Source: Acidimicrobiia bacterium
GTDB taxonomy: Bacteria; Actinomycetota; Acidimicrobiia; Acidimicrobiales; Poriferisodalaceae
Assembly (NCBI GenBank): GCA_022827265.1
Contig: JAJDTF010000099.1
Location: 71,105 to 135,104, forward strand
DNA: 64,000 bases
Direction of reading: 5' to 3'
Below, one piece after another: positions 30,322 through 38,813 of the stretch. The notes under the pieces are model-generated. The model searched no databases. It was given only the letters and a program-made list of their open reading frames with translations, and was not told the DNA's origin. Position 1 is the stretch's first letter. Each line of letters begins with the position of its first letter. Made by a program: the position numbers and the translations under genes.

Positions 30322-31158
30322 TCAGCCGCCGACGCCGTGCTCGGAGGCGAAGGCGGCAAGGCCCTCGCTGATCTCGGCGACGTCGCCGGTGTTCCAGGAG
30401 ACCACGAGCTCGGTCACCCCGACAGCTGCATAGCTGGCAGCCAGCTCTGGCGTCACGTCGCTGGCGGTCCGGCGCACGGATACCTCGGCGGGGATGCCGG
30501 CACGGCCTGCTGCCTCGGCGGCCTCTCTGATCACTGGCAGGCGCTTCGCGACGCTCTCGGGCGACAGCATCATCGGGTGCCAACCGTCTCCCAGCCGTCC
30601 GACGCGCCGCAGCGCCGGGGGGCGGTTGCCGCCGAAGAGGATCGGGGGTCGGGGCTGCTGCAGCGGCTTGGGCGAGCTAACGGCGCCCTCGAACGAGTAG
30701 TAGTGCCCGTCGTAGCTGGCGCTCGGCTGTGTCCACAGCAGGTCAAGGACCTCGACGAACTCGTTGCTGAGCCTGCCGCGGTCGTCGTACTCCACGCCCA
30801 GCAGGGCGTTCTCCTCGGGAAGGCTGCCCACGCCCAGCCCGACCACCAGGCGACCGCCGCTCAGCCGGTCCAGCGTGGCGAGTTCCTTGGCCAGCACCAT
30901 CGGGTGCAGGTACGGCATCACCAGCACGCTGGTTCCCAGACGCACCCGTGACGTGTGTGCTGCCATCCAGGTCAGCGTCACCAGCGCATCGTGGTAGGGC
31001 CGCTCGCCCAGCCGGTCCCACACGTAGCCGACGTTGAGGACGTGATGGTTCACCCACACCGAGTCGAAGCCGAGCTGTTCGGCCTCGACGGCCAGAGCGA
31101 CCACCTCGGCGGGGTCGTCGACCCCGAAGTTGTTGGGCACGGTGAAGCCGTATTTCAT
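30322..31158 (-). CDS. LLM-class (luciferase-like) F420-dependent oxidoreductase
   Basis: MKYGFTVPN...AEQLGFDSVWVNHH... and GRLVVGLGVG are typical of LLM family proteins. Confidence 0.85.
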   Translation of the reverse strand: MKYGFTVPNNFGVDDPAEVVALAVEAEQLGFDSVWVNHHVLNVGYVWDRLGERPYHDALVTLTWMAAHTSRVRLGTSVLVMPYLHPMVLAKELATLDRLSGGRLVVGLGVGSLPEENALLGVEYDDRGRLSNEFVEVLDLLWTQPSASYDGHYYSFEGAVSSPKPLQQPRPPILFGGNRPPALRRVGRLGDGWHPMMLSPESVAKRLPVIREAAEAAGRAGIPAEVSVRRTASDVTPELAASYAAVGVTELVVSWNTGDVAEISEGLAAFASEHGVGG

Positions 31159-31386
31159 GTCGATGTGCTCCTTACGTTTCGCTGGCTCCGCACATCGGCG
31201 GGCGGGGCAGCAGCGTTCTCGATCATTGCGGGCGGACCGCCTGCGAAAGAAGCTTGCAGTTCGCCAGTCCGGCCGCAGGCCCGCACGGCCGCACGTGATC
31301 TGGCCACCTGAGCCCGCGCCGTCGCGGTCGCAGCACGTGTGGAAGACGGCACAGCGAGATTGTGGGGCGACGGCGTGCGGCGGACG

Positions 31387-32610
31387 TCAGTCGAGTGCGG
31401 CGAAGGCCGAGTCTGCGATGTCGCAGGTGCGCTTGATGTCGTCGGGGGTGTGGGCAGTGCACACGAAGTTGTTGTGGTAGCTGAGCAGGTAAGCGCCCCG
31501 GCGGATGCACTCGGCAACCCATCGTGCGTGGAAGTGTCCGCCGCCGGGGCCGATGATGCGGAAGTACGGCATGGCTGGCACGCCGGTCACACGCAGCTCG
31601 TGCCCGTGAGCCGCTGCTACGTCGGTCAGGGCCTCTCCCAGCGCGATGCCAGTCTCGGTGGCTACCGCAGCTGCATCGCATGCGCGCAGCTCCCGCAGCG
31701 TCGCGAGGGCTGCCGCCATGGGAGCGGCGTTGAAGAACTGCGTTCCGGTGAAGAACGTCTCGCCGGCGGCTTCCTTCAGTACATCGCTGCCGGCCAACGC
31801 CGCTATGGGGTGCCCGTTCCCGATCGCCTTGCCGAAGCACATCAAGTCGGGCGTGAAGCCGTAGGCCATGTGCGCGCCTGCCAAGTCGATCCTGAACCCG
31901 CTGCGTACCTCGTCCACGATCACGACAATCCCTGCTGACCGGCAGGCGTTCTCGACTGCAGCCCAGTAGCCCTCGGCGGGCAGTTGGTTGTCGGCGAACA
32001 CGGGGTGGTGATATGGCGACGAGATGAAGCACGCGATGTCGCCCGGATGCGCATCGATGGCCGCCTGCACGGCGCCTGCGTCATTCCATGGCACTTCGAT
32101 GACGAAGGCCTGATCCTCCGCGATCGTGCCCTTGTTGCCCGGCGCCTGCATCCACGGTGTCGAGCCGTGATAGCCGCCCTCGATCTTGATGATGTACCGA
32201 CGGCCGGTTGCCGCGCGCGCAACCATCACCGCCAGTCCGGTGGCATCGGCGCCGTTCTTGCCGAACAGCGCCCAGTCGGCGCCCTCGACCATGTCGACCA
32301 GCTCTTCGGCCAGCTCCACCATGACGGGCGCTGCGAGGCTGACCGTGCTGCCGTCGGCGGCCTGCTTCTCTGCAGCCTCCTCGACTGCGGGATGGTTGTA
32401 GCCCAAGATGTTCGGGCCGTAGGCGCACATCCAGTCGATGTAGGAGTTCCCGTCCACATCGGTGAACCGTGCGCCCTCTGCCGACGAGAAGAAGACGGGG
32501 CCGTCCTCGATGACTGCGGGTCCGTAGTGGCCGTACACGCCTTTGGGAACCACGGCCTTCGCCCGCTCGTACAGCTCCTGAGACTTCGAAGTTGGCATCG
32601 GCTCGCTCAT
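31387..32610 (-). CDS. class III (PLP-dependent) aminotransferase, glutamate-1-semialdehyde aminomutase-like
   Basis: GSTVSLAAP, VIVDEVRSGFR and the FGKAIGNG PLP-lysine context. Confidence 0.9.
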   Translation of the reverse strand: MSEPMPTSKSQELYERAKAVVPKGVYGHYGPAVIEDGPVFFSSAEGARFTDVDGNSYIDWMCAYGPNILGYNHPAVEEAAEKQAADGSTVSLAAPVMVELAEELVDMVEGADWALFGKNGADATGLAVMVARAATGRRYIIKIEGGYHGSTPWMQAPGNKGTIAEDQAFVIEVPWNDAGAVQAAIDAHPGDIACFISSPYHHPVFADNQLPAEGYWAAVENACRSAGIVVIVDEVRSGFRIDLAGAHMAYGFTPDLMCFGKAIGNGHPIAALAGSDVLKEAAGETFFTGTQFFNAAPMAAALATLRELRACDAAAVATETGIALGEALTDVAAAHGHELRVTGVPAMPYFRIIGPGGGHFHARWVAECIRRGAYLLSYHNNFVCTAHTPDDIKRTCDIADSAFAALD

Positions 32611-32742
32611 GACCTACCCCCTGTGAACACAGCTAGAGCCTGACATACCGCATGCGGGATCGCAGCAGCCGCGCCCCGGCAGACCGGGTTGGGGGGACGT
32701 GCCCGCGAGGCGATGAGCGAGTGCCCCGTCGGGTCGTGGCGA

Positions 32743-33426
32743 TCAGCCCGTCCAGGCCTTGCCGAACGTGTCTCGGTAGGCCATCTCGGCCGGCGGCTGC
32801 CGGGTGATCGGGCCGTTGCCCCTGCCCACCGGGTATCCGATGGGCACCATCGCGACGGTGGCCCATCCGTCGGGCACGCCGAGCAACGACTTCACCTCGT
32901 TCTCCCGCAGGCAGTGCAGTGTCGTGAGCGTGCTGCCCAGCCCTTCGGCTACGCAGGCCAGCATCGAGTTCTGCACTGCGGTGTACACCGAGCCGCCGCC
33001 GACCATGCTGACCCGATCCAGATTCGCGTCGGTGATCGCCATCTTCTCCGGGTTGGCGCAGAACACCAGGATGGCCGGGGCCTCTCCCAGGTGATCGGCG
33101 AGGTAATCGCCCGCAGCCACGACTCGCTCCCATTTGGCGACTTCGTCGGCAGGAAGGCCTTCGAATCGCTTGAGGAACCCGCTGGCGAACTTCGCCCACT
33201 CGGGTGCGTAGACATCGGCCAAGCCCTGCTTGATTGCCGGATCGGTGGCGACGACCACTCGCCATGGCTGCTGGTTGCCGCCGGTCGGCGCCCAGCATGC
33301 CGCCTGCAGCACCCGTTCGAGGACGTCGGCGGGAATCGGGTCGGTGCGCAGGCGGCGCACGGCGCGCAGGGTGCTCATCGTCTCGTAGAGATCTGCAGAA
33401 GGTCTTTGCAGGGTCGCGGCTGACAT
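32743..33426 (-). CDS. nitroreductase family protein
   Basis: RAVRRLRTDPIPADVLERVLQAACWAPTGGNQQPWR. Only the C-terminal 227 aa of the 634-aa track ORF is credible. Confidence 0.85.
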   Translation of the reverse strand: MSAATLQRPSADLYETMSTLRAVRRLRTDPIPADVLERVLQAACWAPTGGNQQPWRVVVATDPAIKQGLADVYAPEWAKFASGFLKRFEGLPADEVAKWERVVAAGDYLADHLGEAPAILVFCANPEKMAITDANLDRVSMVGGGSVYTAVQNSMLACVAEGLGSTLTTLHCLRENEVKSLLGVPDGWATVAMVPIGYPVGRGNGPITRQPPAEMAYRDTFGKAWTG

Positions 33427-33513
33427 GGTCACCGTCCTGTGAGGTGTGGTCTGCGCAGTCTGGCAAACCCCGATCGGAAGTGCCGCGCGAACGGCGGGGG
33501 TTACGATCCGGCG

Positions 33514-34701
33514 ATGGGAGCGCTTGACGATTACAGCGTGCTCGACCTGTCGATCTTGGTGCAGGGTCCCCAAGCGGCGGCGACCTTGCATGACATGGGA
33601 GCGTCGGTCATCAAGATCGAGTTGCCGGGCATGGGCGACCTCGCCCGGGTGATCCCCGTGTCGCCCGACGATCCACGAAATCCGTACTACGAAGCGTGCA
33701 ACCGGGGGAAGCGCTCGGTCACCCTCGACCTGCGCACCCCGGGCGGCAAGCGAGCGCTCGAACGTTTCGTCGAGACCACTGATGTCCTGATCCACAACTT
33801 CGTGCCCGGGACCATGGAGGCCTGGGGCCTGTCCTATGAGCACCTCTCTGCCATCAATCCCCGGCTCGTGTACGCCACCGGTTCGACCTTCGGGCCGGTC
33901 GGCCCCAAGTCGATTCGCGAGGGAGCCGACTCGTCCGGTCAGGCAGAGGGCGGACTCATGTGGGCCACCCGCATCGACGGCGGCCCACCGGTCATGAATG
34001 GGGCGGTCATCTCCGACCATGTCGGCTGCCAGAACATGGTCACCGGCATTCTCGCTGCGCTGCTCCATCGCACCGAAACCGGGCTTGGGCAACGGGTCGA
34101 CGTGTCGCTCGTGGGCGGCATGATCTACGCCCAGGCATCGGAGATGACCTACACGCTGCTGACCGGTCGCAACCCCGAACGGATCGATTCGGGTCACGCC
34201 TTCGTGCCCACCCTGCTCCACACCGTCGAGGCGGCCGACGGCTGGATCCACCTGCTCAGCGGCACCGGTCCGGGATGGCCTGAATTCGCCAAGCTGCTCG
34301 ACCGGCCCGATCTTGCCGACGACGAACGGTTCCTGGCACTGATCCTGAGCTCGGAAGCCAGGGCCGAATTGGTCGCCATCATCGACGACGTATTCCCCAG
34401 CAGGACCCTCGACGAGTGGGAGGCCGTGCTCACCGGCGCCGGCGTCCGCTACGGGCTGGTCCGCGACTACGAGACGATCGCGGCCGACGAGACGATGTAC
34501 GACAACGGCTACCTGCAACGGGTGGAGCACACCGACGGCGAACGTGCAGTGATCGGCACCCCGATCCGCATGTCGGCAACGCCGCTGCAGCCCGGCGCCG
34601 TTGCGCCCGAACTCGGCCAGCACACCGAGGAAGTGCTGCTCGAGCACGGCTACACGTGGGACGACATCACCGCCCTGCGGGAAGAGGGCGTCTTCGGCTG
34701 A
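33514..34701 (+). CDS. CaiB/BaiF family (type III) CoA-transferase
   Basis: LDDYSVLDLSILVQGPQAAATLHDMGASVIKIE, NRGKRSVTLDL and the GGLMWAT...D active-site context. Confidence 0.9.
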   Translation: MGALDDYSVLDLSILVQGPQAAATLHDMGASVIKIELPGMGDLARVIPVSPDDPRNPYYEACNRGKRSVTLDLRTPGGKRALERFVETTDVLIHNFVPGTMEAWGLSYEHLSAINPRLVYATGSTFGPVGPKSIREGADSSGQAEGGLMWATRIDGGPPVMNGAVISDHVGCQNMVTGILAALLHRTETGLGQRVDVSLVGGMIYAQASEMTYTLLTGRNPERIDSGHAFVPTLLHTVEAADGWIHLLSGTGPGWPEFAKLLDRPDLADDERFLALILSSEARAELVAIIDDVFPSRTLDEWEAVLTGAGVRYGLVRDYETIAADETMYDNGYLQRVEHTDGERAVIGTPIRMSATPLQPGAVAPELGQHTEEVLLEHGYTWDDITALREEGVFG

Positions 34702-34740
34702 GATTGTCGACGCAGCCTGTGCCTTGCCGACGGCGGGGAG

Positions 34741-34884
34741 CGCGTACTGCGGCGGGATCAGCCTGCCGAGTGCGCTGCAGTGGGGGTGCGGGTGCTGCGG
34801 CGGGATCAGCCTGCCGAGTGGGCTGCGGCGGAAGAGCGCGTGCTGCGGCGGGATCAGCTTGCCGCGTACGTGGCAGCGAGCGAG
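34741..34884. repeat. 48-bp x3 tandem repeat overlapping the acyl-CoA dehydrogenase stop
   Basis: ctgcggcgggatcagc recurs at 34747, 34795 and 34843. Copies A and B are about 30/33 identical over the first 33 nt. Copy C contains the live stop codon (34854-34856). Confidence 0.85.
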
Positions 34885-36080
34885 CGGGCGATGCGGTCGG
34901 TCTGGATCTCGGTGCTGCCGTCCACATAGTTAGCGATGCGCGCGCCTGCGAGGTGGTGACCCCCCGGGTGGTCGCTGCGAAGGCCCTCGGCGCCCATGGC
35001 TTGGATGCAGGCGGCGATGTCGGCCTCGGCCGTCTCGGTGGCGAACTTCTTGGCATGCGCAGCCGGCAGGATCGCTCCGCTCGCATCACCCGTGCGCAGC
35101 GAGGCGGTGACCGCTTCGATGGCGCGGGCGGTGAGCAGCTGGGCGGCTTCGAGGCGGTTCTGCACTCCGGCCAACTTCCATGCCAGTCCTTGATGGGCGA
35201 TGACGGGCTTGCCGAACGCTTCGCGCTGGGTGCCGTAGCGGACTGCGCTCGCCAGCGTGGCCTCCACCATGGCGCAGCACATGGCGGCGACGTAGGTGCG
35301 GGCACCGTTCACGCTCGACAGGGCTGCGATGAAGGCTTCCCCCGCAGGGCTGAGAAGGTCCTCGGCGGCGGCGATGTAGCCATCCAGCCGGAACCCGCCG
35401 GTGCCGATGAGGTGACCTCCGGCCAGCTCGTACGGCGGCAGCCGCTCGAAGCCGGGCTGGGTGCCGTCGATCAGGAACAACGCAATGCCTCGACCCCGGG
35501 AGCCCGGCTGCGTCTGCGCGTAGCAGAAGATGACGTCGGAGTGCGCGGCGTTGGTGATCCAGGCCTTGGCGCCGTCGAGCCGCCAGCCGCCATCGACAGG
35601 CGTCGCGGTCGTAGCGATGTTGGCGAAGTCGCTGCCGGCGCCCGGTTCGGTCAGTGCCGTGGAGCCGAACCGGCGTCCGGCCATCAGATCGGCCAGGTAC
35701 CGCTCGCGGTGGGTGTCGCTGCCCAGCCGAGCCACTCGCGCTGCGACGTTGCCGGTGTTCACCAGGCTGAAGGCGAACGGCATCGACACGGCGCTCAGCA
35801 CCTCGACGATGCGGCACTTCTGGGCGAAGCTCATCCCCAGCCCACCCAACTCGGCAGGCACCTCCATGGCGAGCAGCCCGATCGCTGAAGCGTCCTGCAG
35901 GGCCTCGGGTGCCATGCGCTTCTCGCTCTCCCAGCGGTTCACGTTCGGCGCCACGACCGTGTCGCGGAATTGGGCGACCTCGCCGACGAACGCCTCGAAT
36001 GACGCTGCGTCCATGCCTTGGGTGGATTCGCCAAGGCTCCCTGATCCAGTGTCGGCAGCGTGAGGATCGGCGGCGCTCAT
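34854..36080 (-). CDS. acyl-CoA dehydrogenase
   Basis: STALTEPGAGSDFANI, WITNA, and C-terminal GGH..AR.ANYVDGSTEIQ (catalytic Glu context). The start is set at MSAADPH (36080). Confidence 0.9.
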   Translation of the reverse strand: MSAADPHAADTGSGSLGESTQGMDAASFEAFVGEVAQFRDTVVAPNVNRWESEKRMAPEALQDASAIGLLAMEVPAELGGLGMSFAQKCRIVEVLSAVSMPFAFSLVNTGNVAARVARLGSDTHRERYLADLMAGRRFGSTALTEPGAGSDFANIATTATPVDGGWRLDGAKAWITNAAHSDVIFCYAQTQPGSRGRGIALFLIDGTQPGFERLPPYELAGGHLIGTGGFRLDGYIAAAEDLLSPAGEAFIAALSSVNGARTYVAAMCCAMVEATLASAVRYGTQREAFGKPVIAHQGLAWKLAGVQNRLEAAQLLTARAIEAVTASLRTGDASGAILPAAHAKKFATETAEADIAACIQAMGAEGLRSDHPGGHHLAGARIANYVDGSTEIQTDRIARSLAATYAAS

Positions 36081-36165
36081 CGCGGCGACGGTAGCAGCGG
36101 CTCTTGCGCCGCAGCCCGGTCTGAGTGCAGGCGGGATCGCATCACGGATTCGCGTCGACGGCCAT

Positions 36166-36918
36166 GTGCATGCGTCAGAGCTCGGTTCCAGTGCGGGCGG
36201 GATCGAACCGCTGCGAACGAGGCTCGTGAGGTTCGAGCGCAGCCCGGAGCCAGCGGTGCTCGGCCACCTACGCTGCGAGGTCGTGGTCGGTCTGCGCTCT
36301 GTCGCTGAGGCGTTCGAAGCGGAACCCCTGTCGGCGGTGCTCAGCCAGGAGCTCGACACTCCGCATCACGGCCCGACAGCCGCCGTCGCCGCAGTGGCGC
36401 GCTCGGGAGACAGCGGCCCCGAGATGCTCTTCATCGAACGAGCCACCCGCGACGGCGACCCGTGGTCGGGCCACATGGCGTTTCCGGGCGGGCGCACCGA
36501 GCCCGACGACGACGACACGTTCGACACGGCAGTGCGCGAGAGCCGCGAAGAGATTGGCTTCGACATCACCGCGCACGCCGGCGTGCGCTGGCTCGGCCGG
36601 CTCAATGACCTCGAAGGCAACCCGCGCTGGCGCGGCGCGGCATTGCGGGTGACGCCGCACGTGTGCTGGCTCGACGGTGCACGCCCGGCACTGACGCTGA
36701 ACTACGAAGTGGCCGATGCGTTCTGGGTGCGGGTGGCAGAACTGGCCGACCCCCGACACCACATCGACTATCACTACCCGCCTCGACCCGACGAGCGCTT
36801 CCCCGGCATCGAAGTCGGCCACGGGCGGGTGATCTGGGGCATGACACTGCGGATGCTGCAAGACCTGTTCACCCGCACCGGCCACCCCCTCCCGATCCAG
36901 TTCAGCCCATCCAGCTAA
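36166..36918 (+). CDS. NUDIX hydrolase (CoA pyrophosphatase-like)
   Basis: Nudix box GGRTEPDDDDTFDTAVRESREEIGF. The start is uncertain (GTG at 36166 or later). Confidence 0.8.
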   Translation: MHASELGSSAGGIEPLRTRLVRFERSPEPAVLGHLRCEVVVGLRSVAEAFEAEPLSAVLSQELDTPHHGPTAAVAAVARSGDSGPEMLFIERATRDGDPWSGHMAFPGGRTEPDDDDTFDTAVRESREEIGFDITAHAGVRWLGRLNDLEGNPRWRGAALRVTPHVCWLDGARPALTLNYEVADAFWVRVAELADPRHHIDYHYPPRPDERFPGIEVGHGRVIWGMTLRMLQDLFTRTGHPLPIQFSPSS

Positions 36919-36935
36919 GCAAGCCCCGTCGCTGC
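36844..36935. repeat. direct repeat copy 1 (live NUDIX 3' end plus 17 nt downstream)
   Basis: About 92 bp matching 43340..43431 at a constant offset of 6496 nt, with 3-4 mismatches (including the stop, TAA vs TGA). Confidence 0.92.
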
Positions 36936-37147
36936 GGTCGTGCGTTCGGCAGTGGTGAACGGCTTGATGGCCTCGGCGCAGGCACAGCGTATGAATGCGA
37001 GTGACCTGTGGTGAGCGACGGCTGCGAGCTCATATTGGAAAACACTGAAAAATAATTCTCAGCCATGAGACCAAATGTCACATAACCGCAATCTATCTTG
37101 TAGCGTATAAACGTTCGTTTGTCACACCGGGCCGCTAGGGTGAACGC

Positions 37148-38746
37148 ATGTTCTCTCAGGTGCGGCAGGCGCTCGACTCGCTCGCAGCGGCCATCGGTGG
37201 TGTCGAGGGTGCGCCCACCGCCGATCTGCGCGAAGCGCTCGCTCTGACCAAACCGCTGCGCGTCCGGCTCGAGACGCTTGAGACCGCCGTTGCGTCGCAG
37301 ATCGCGCGGCGCGAGTGCCACGGCGATGGCGGCGCGGGTGTACTGCACCAGATCGCCGCGGTCCCGCGCTCGGACGCGGCTCGTAACGTGCGGACCGCCG
37401 CCGAGCTCGAACAGGTGCCCGAGGCCCGGTCCGCGCTGGCTGATGGCGAGATGTGCATGGCCAACGCCGCCCGTCTGGCCCGTGCCGCACGCCAGACGAG
37501 CCCCGAAGCAGTGCAGAGCGATCCCGAGCTGGTGGACTTGGCCAAGACGTTGCCGCCCGATGAGTTCGCCCAAGCATCGGCGCGCTGGGCTGCGAAACAC
37601 CAGAGCGGAGCGAGCCTCGCCGAGCAGCATCGCCGCAACCGGCGCAATCGCAACGTGCGCTTTTGGAATGGCGAGGACGGCACCGTGCAGATGCGCGGCG
37701 CGTTCGATGCCGAGATGGGCGCCCGGATCCAAACCCGCATCCGCGACGAAGCCGAACGCCTCCGCAAAACCGACCGCCGCCTGCAGCGCGCTGCCAAAGA
37801 GGCGAGCTTCGACAACTCAGACGCCCCCGCTGCAGGGCCGCACGGCACAGACGGCCCCGACGCTGAGCACATCGGCGCGGCAGGTGACGGCCCGGCAGCC
37901 GGCGCCGCGGTGCGCACTCGCGACCAGCGCATGGCTGACGCCCTCGACCGCATCCTCACCCACGCCGGCTCCGCGCCCACGGCCGCTCATGATCTTGTTT
38001 GCGGTGACACTGCTGCTGGCGAGAAGACGGGCGGCTGCACACCCACGACCAGCACAGTCCCGAACGGCATACCGCCAAGAGCTGCCGCCGCTGGCGACAA
38101 CGCGGCCGGCGACGAAGAGAAGGCGAGCGAGGCCAACTTCACGGTCACCGGCTGCGAGCACGCGGCCGGCGACAGCACGGGCTCTGTGGGTCACAAAGCC
38201 CACTCGACCCAGATCATCGTGCGAGCCGATCTCGCAGACCTGCTCGACGGCCACGGCGGCATCGGAGAGATCGCTGGCACCGGCCCGGTGCCCGCCAGCG
38301 TCATCGACCGGCTCTGCTGCAACGCCGACATCTCCGTCGTGCTGTTCGGCAAGGAACTCACACCCCTCTACGAGGCAGTCGCTGCACGAGCGCCCACCGC
38401 AGCCCAGCGCCGCGCCCTGATCGCCCGTGACGGCGCCTGCATCGGCTGCGGCGCCCCGCCCGGCGACTGCGAAGCGCACCACATCATCCCCTGGCTCTGC
38501 GGTGGCCCCACCAAGATCGACAACCTCGTGCTGGTGTGCTGGTCCTGCCACGACAAGATCCACGACCACAACTGGCAAGTCATCAAACGCAACAACCGCT
38601 ACCGGCTCATGCCGCCCGACGCGGATTCAGCGCCCAACCCCGCCAGATCCAAGAAGTCCACCCCGCGCCGCAACCCTGCGCCATCGCGCGAGGCTGCGCC
38701 GACCCGCACACTCAACCTGGCGCGCGAACCTGCCCTATTCCCATAG
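37148..38746 (+). CDS. DUF222 domain HNH endonuclease (13E12-repeat-family type)
   Basis: C-terminal HNH: CIGCGAPPGDCEAHHIIPWLCGGPTKIDNLVLVCWSCHDKIHDHNW. The N-terminal DUF222-like helical region is as in actinobacterial REP13E12 proteins. Confidence 0.9.
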   Translation: MFSQVRQALDSLAAAIGGVEGAPTADLREALALTKPLRVRLETLETAVASQIARRECHGDGGAGVLHQIAAVPRSDAARNVRTAAELEQVPEARSALADGEMCMANAARLARAARQTSPEAVQSDPELVDLAKTLPPDEFAQASARWAAKHQSGASLAEQHRRNRRNRNVRFWNGEDGTVQMRGAFDAEMGARIQTRIRDEAERLRKTDRRLQRAAKEASFDNSDAPAAGPHGTDGPDAEHIGAAGDGPAAGAAVRTRDQRMADALDRILTHAGSAPTAAHDLVCGDTAAGEKTGGCTPTTSTVPNGIPPRAAAAGDNAAGDEEKASEANFTVTGCEHAAGDSTGSVGHKAHSTQIIVRADLADLLDGHGGIGEIAGTGPVPASVIDRLCCNADISVVLFGKELTPLYEAVAARAPTAAQRRALIARDGACIGCGAPPGDCEAHHIIPWLCGGPTKIDNLVLVCWSCHDKIHDHNWQVIKRNNRYRLMPPDADSAPNPARSKKSTPRRNPAPSREAAPTRTLNLAREPALFP

Positions 38747-38813
38747 AAGCCACAGCGCCATCACGGCGGGGTGCTTCGAGACGTGGCGAGCGTGAACCGC
38801 GCGGACTTGGAAG

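Noticed and set aside
33427-34647. N-terminal 407 aa of the 634-aa track ORF 32743..34647.
   Set aside because: It is antisense to a well-supported CaiB/BaiF CoA-transferase. Only the C-terminal 227 aa carry nitroreductase motifs and a sensible ATG.
34741-34884. Possible CRISPR array (regularly spaced repeats).
   Set aside because: There are only three directly abutting 48-bp units with no unique spacers, no cas genes, and one unit overlapping a gene end. It is a tandem repeat, not a CRISPR array.
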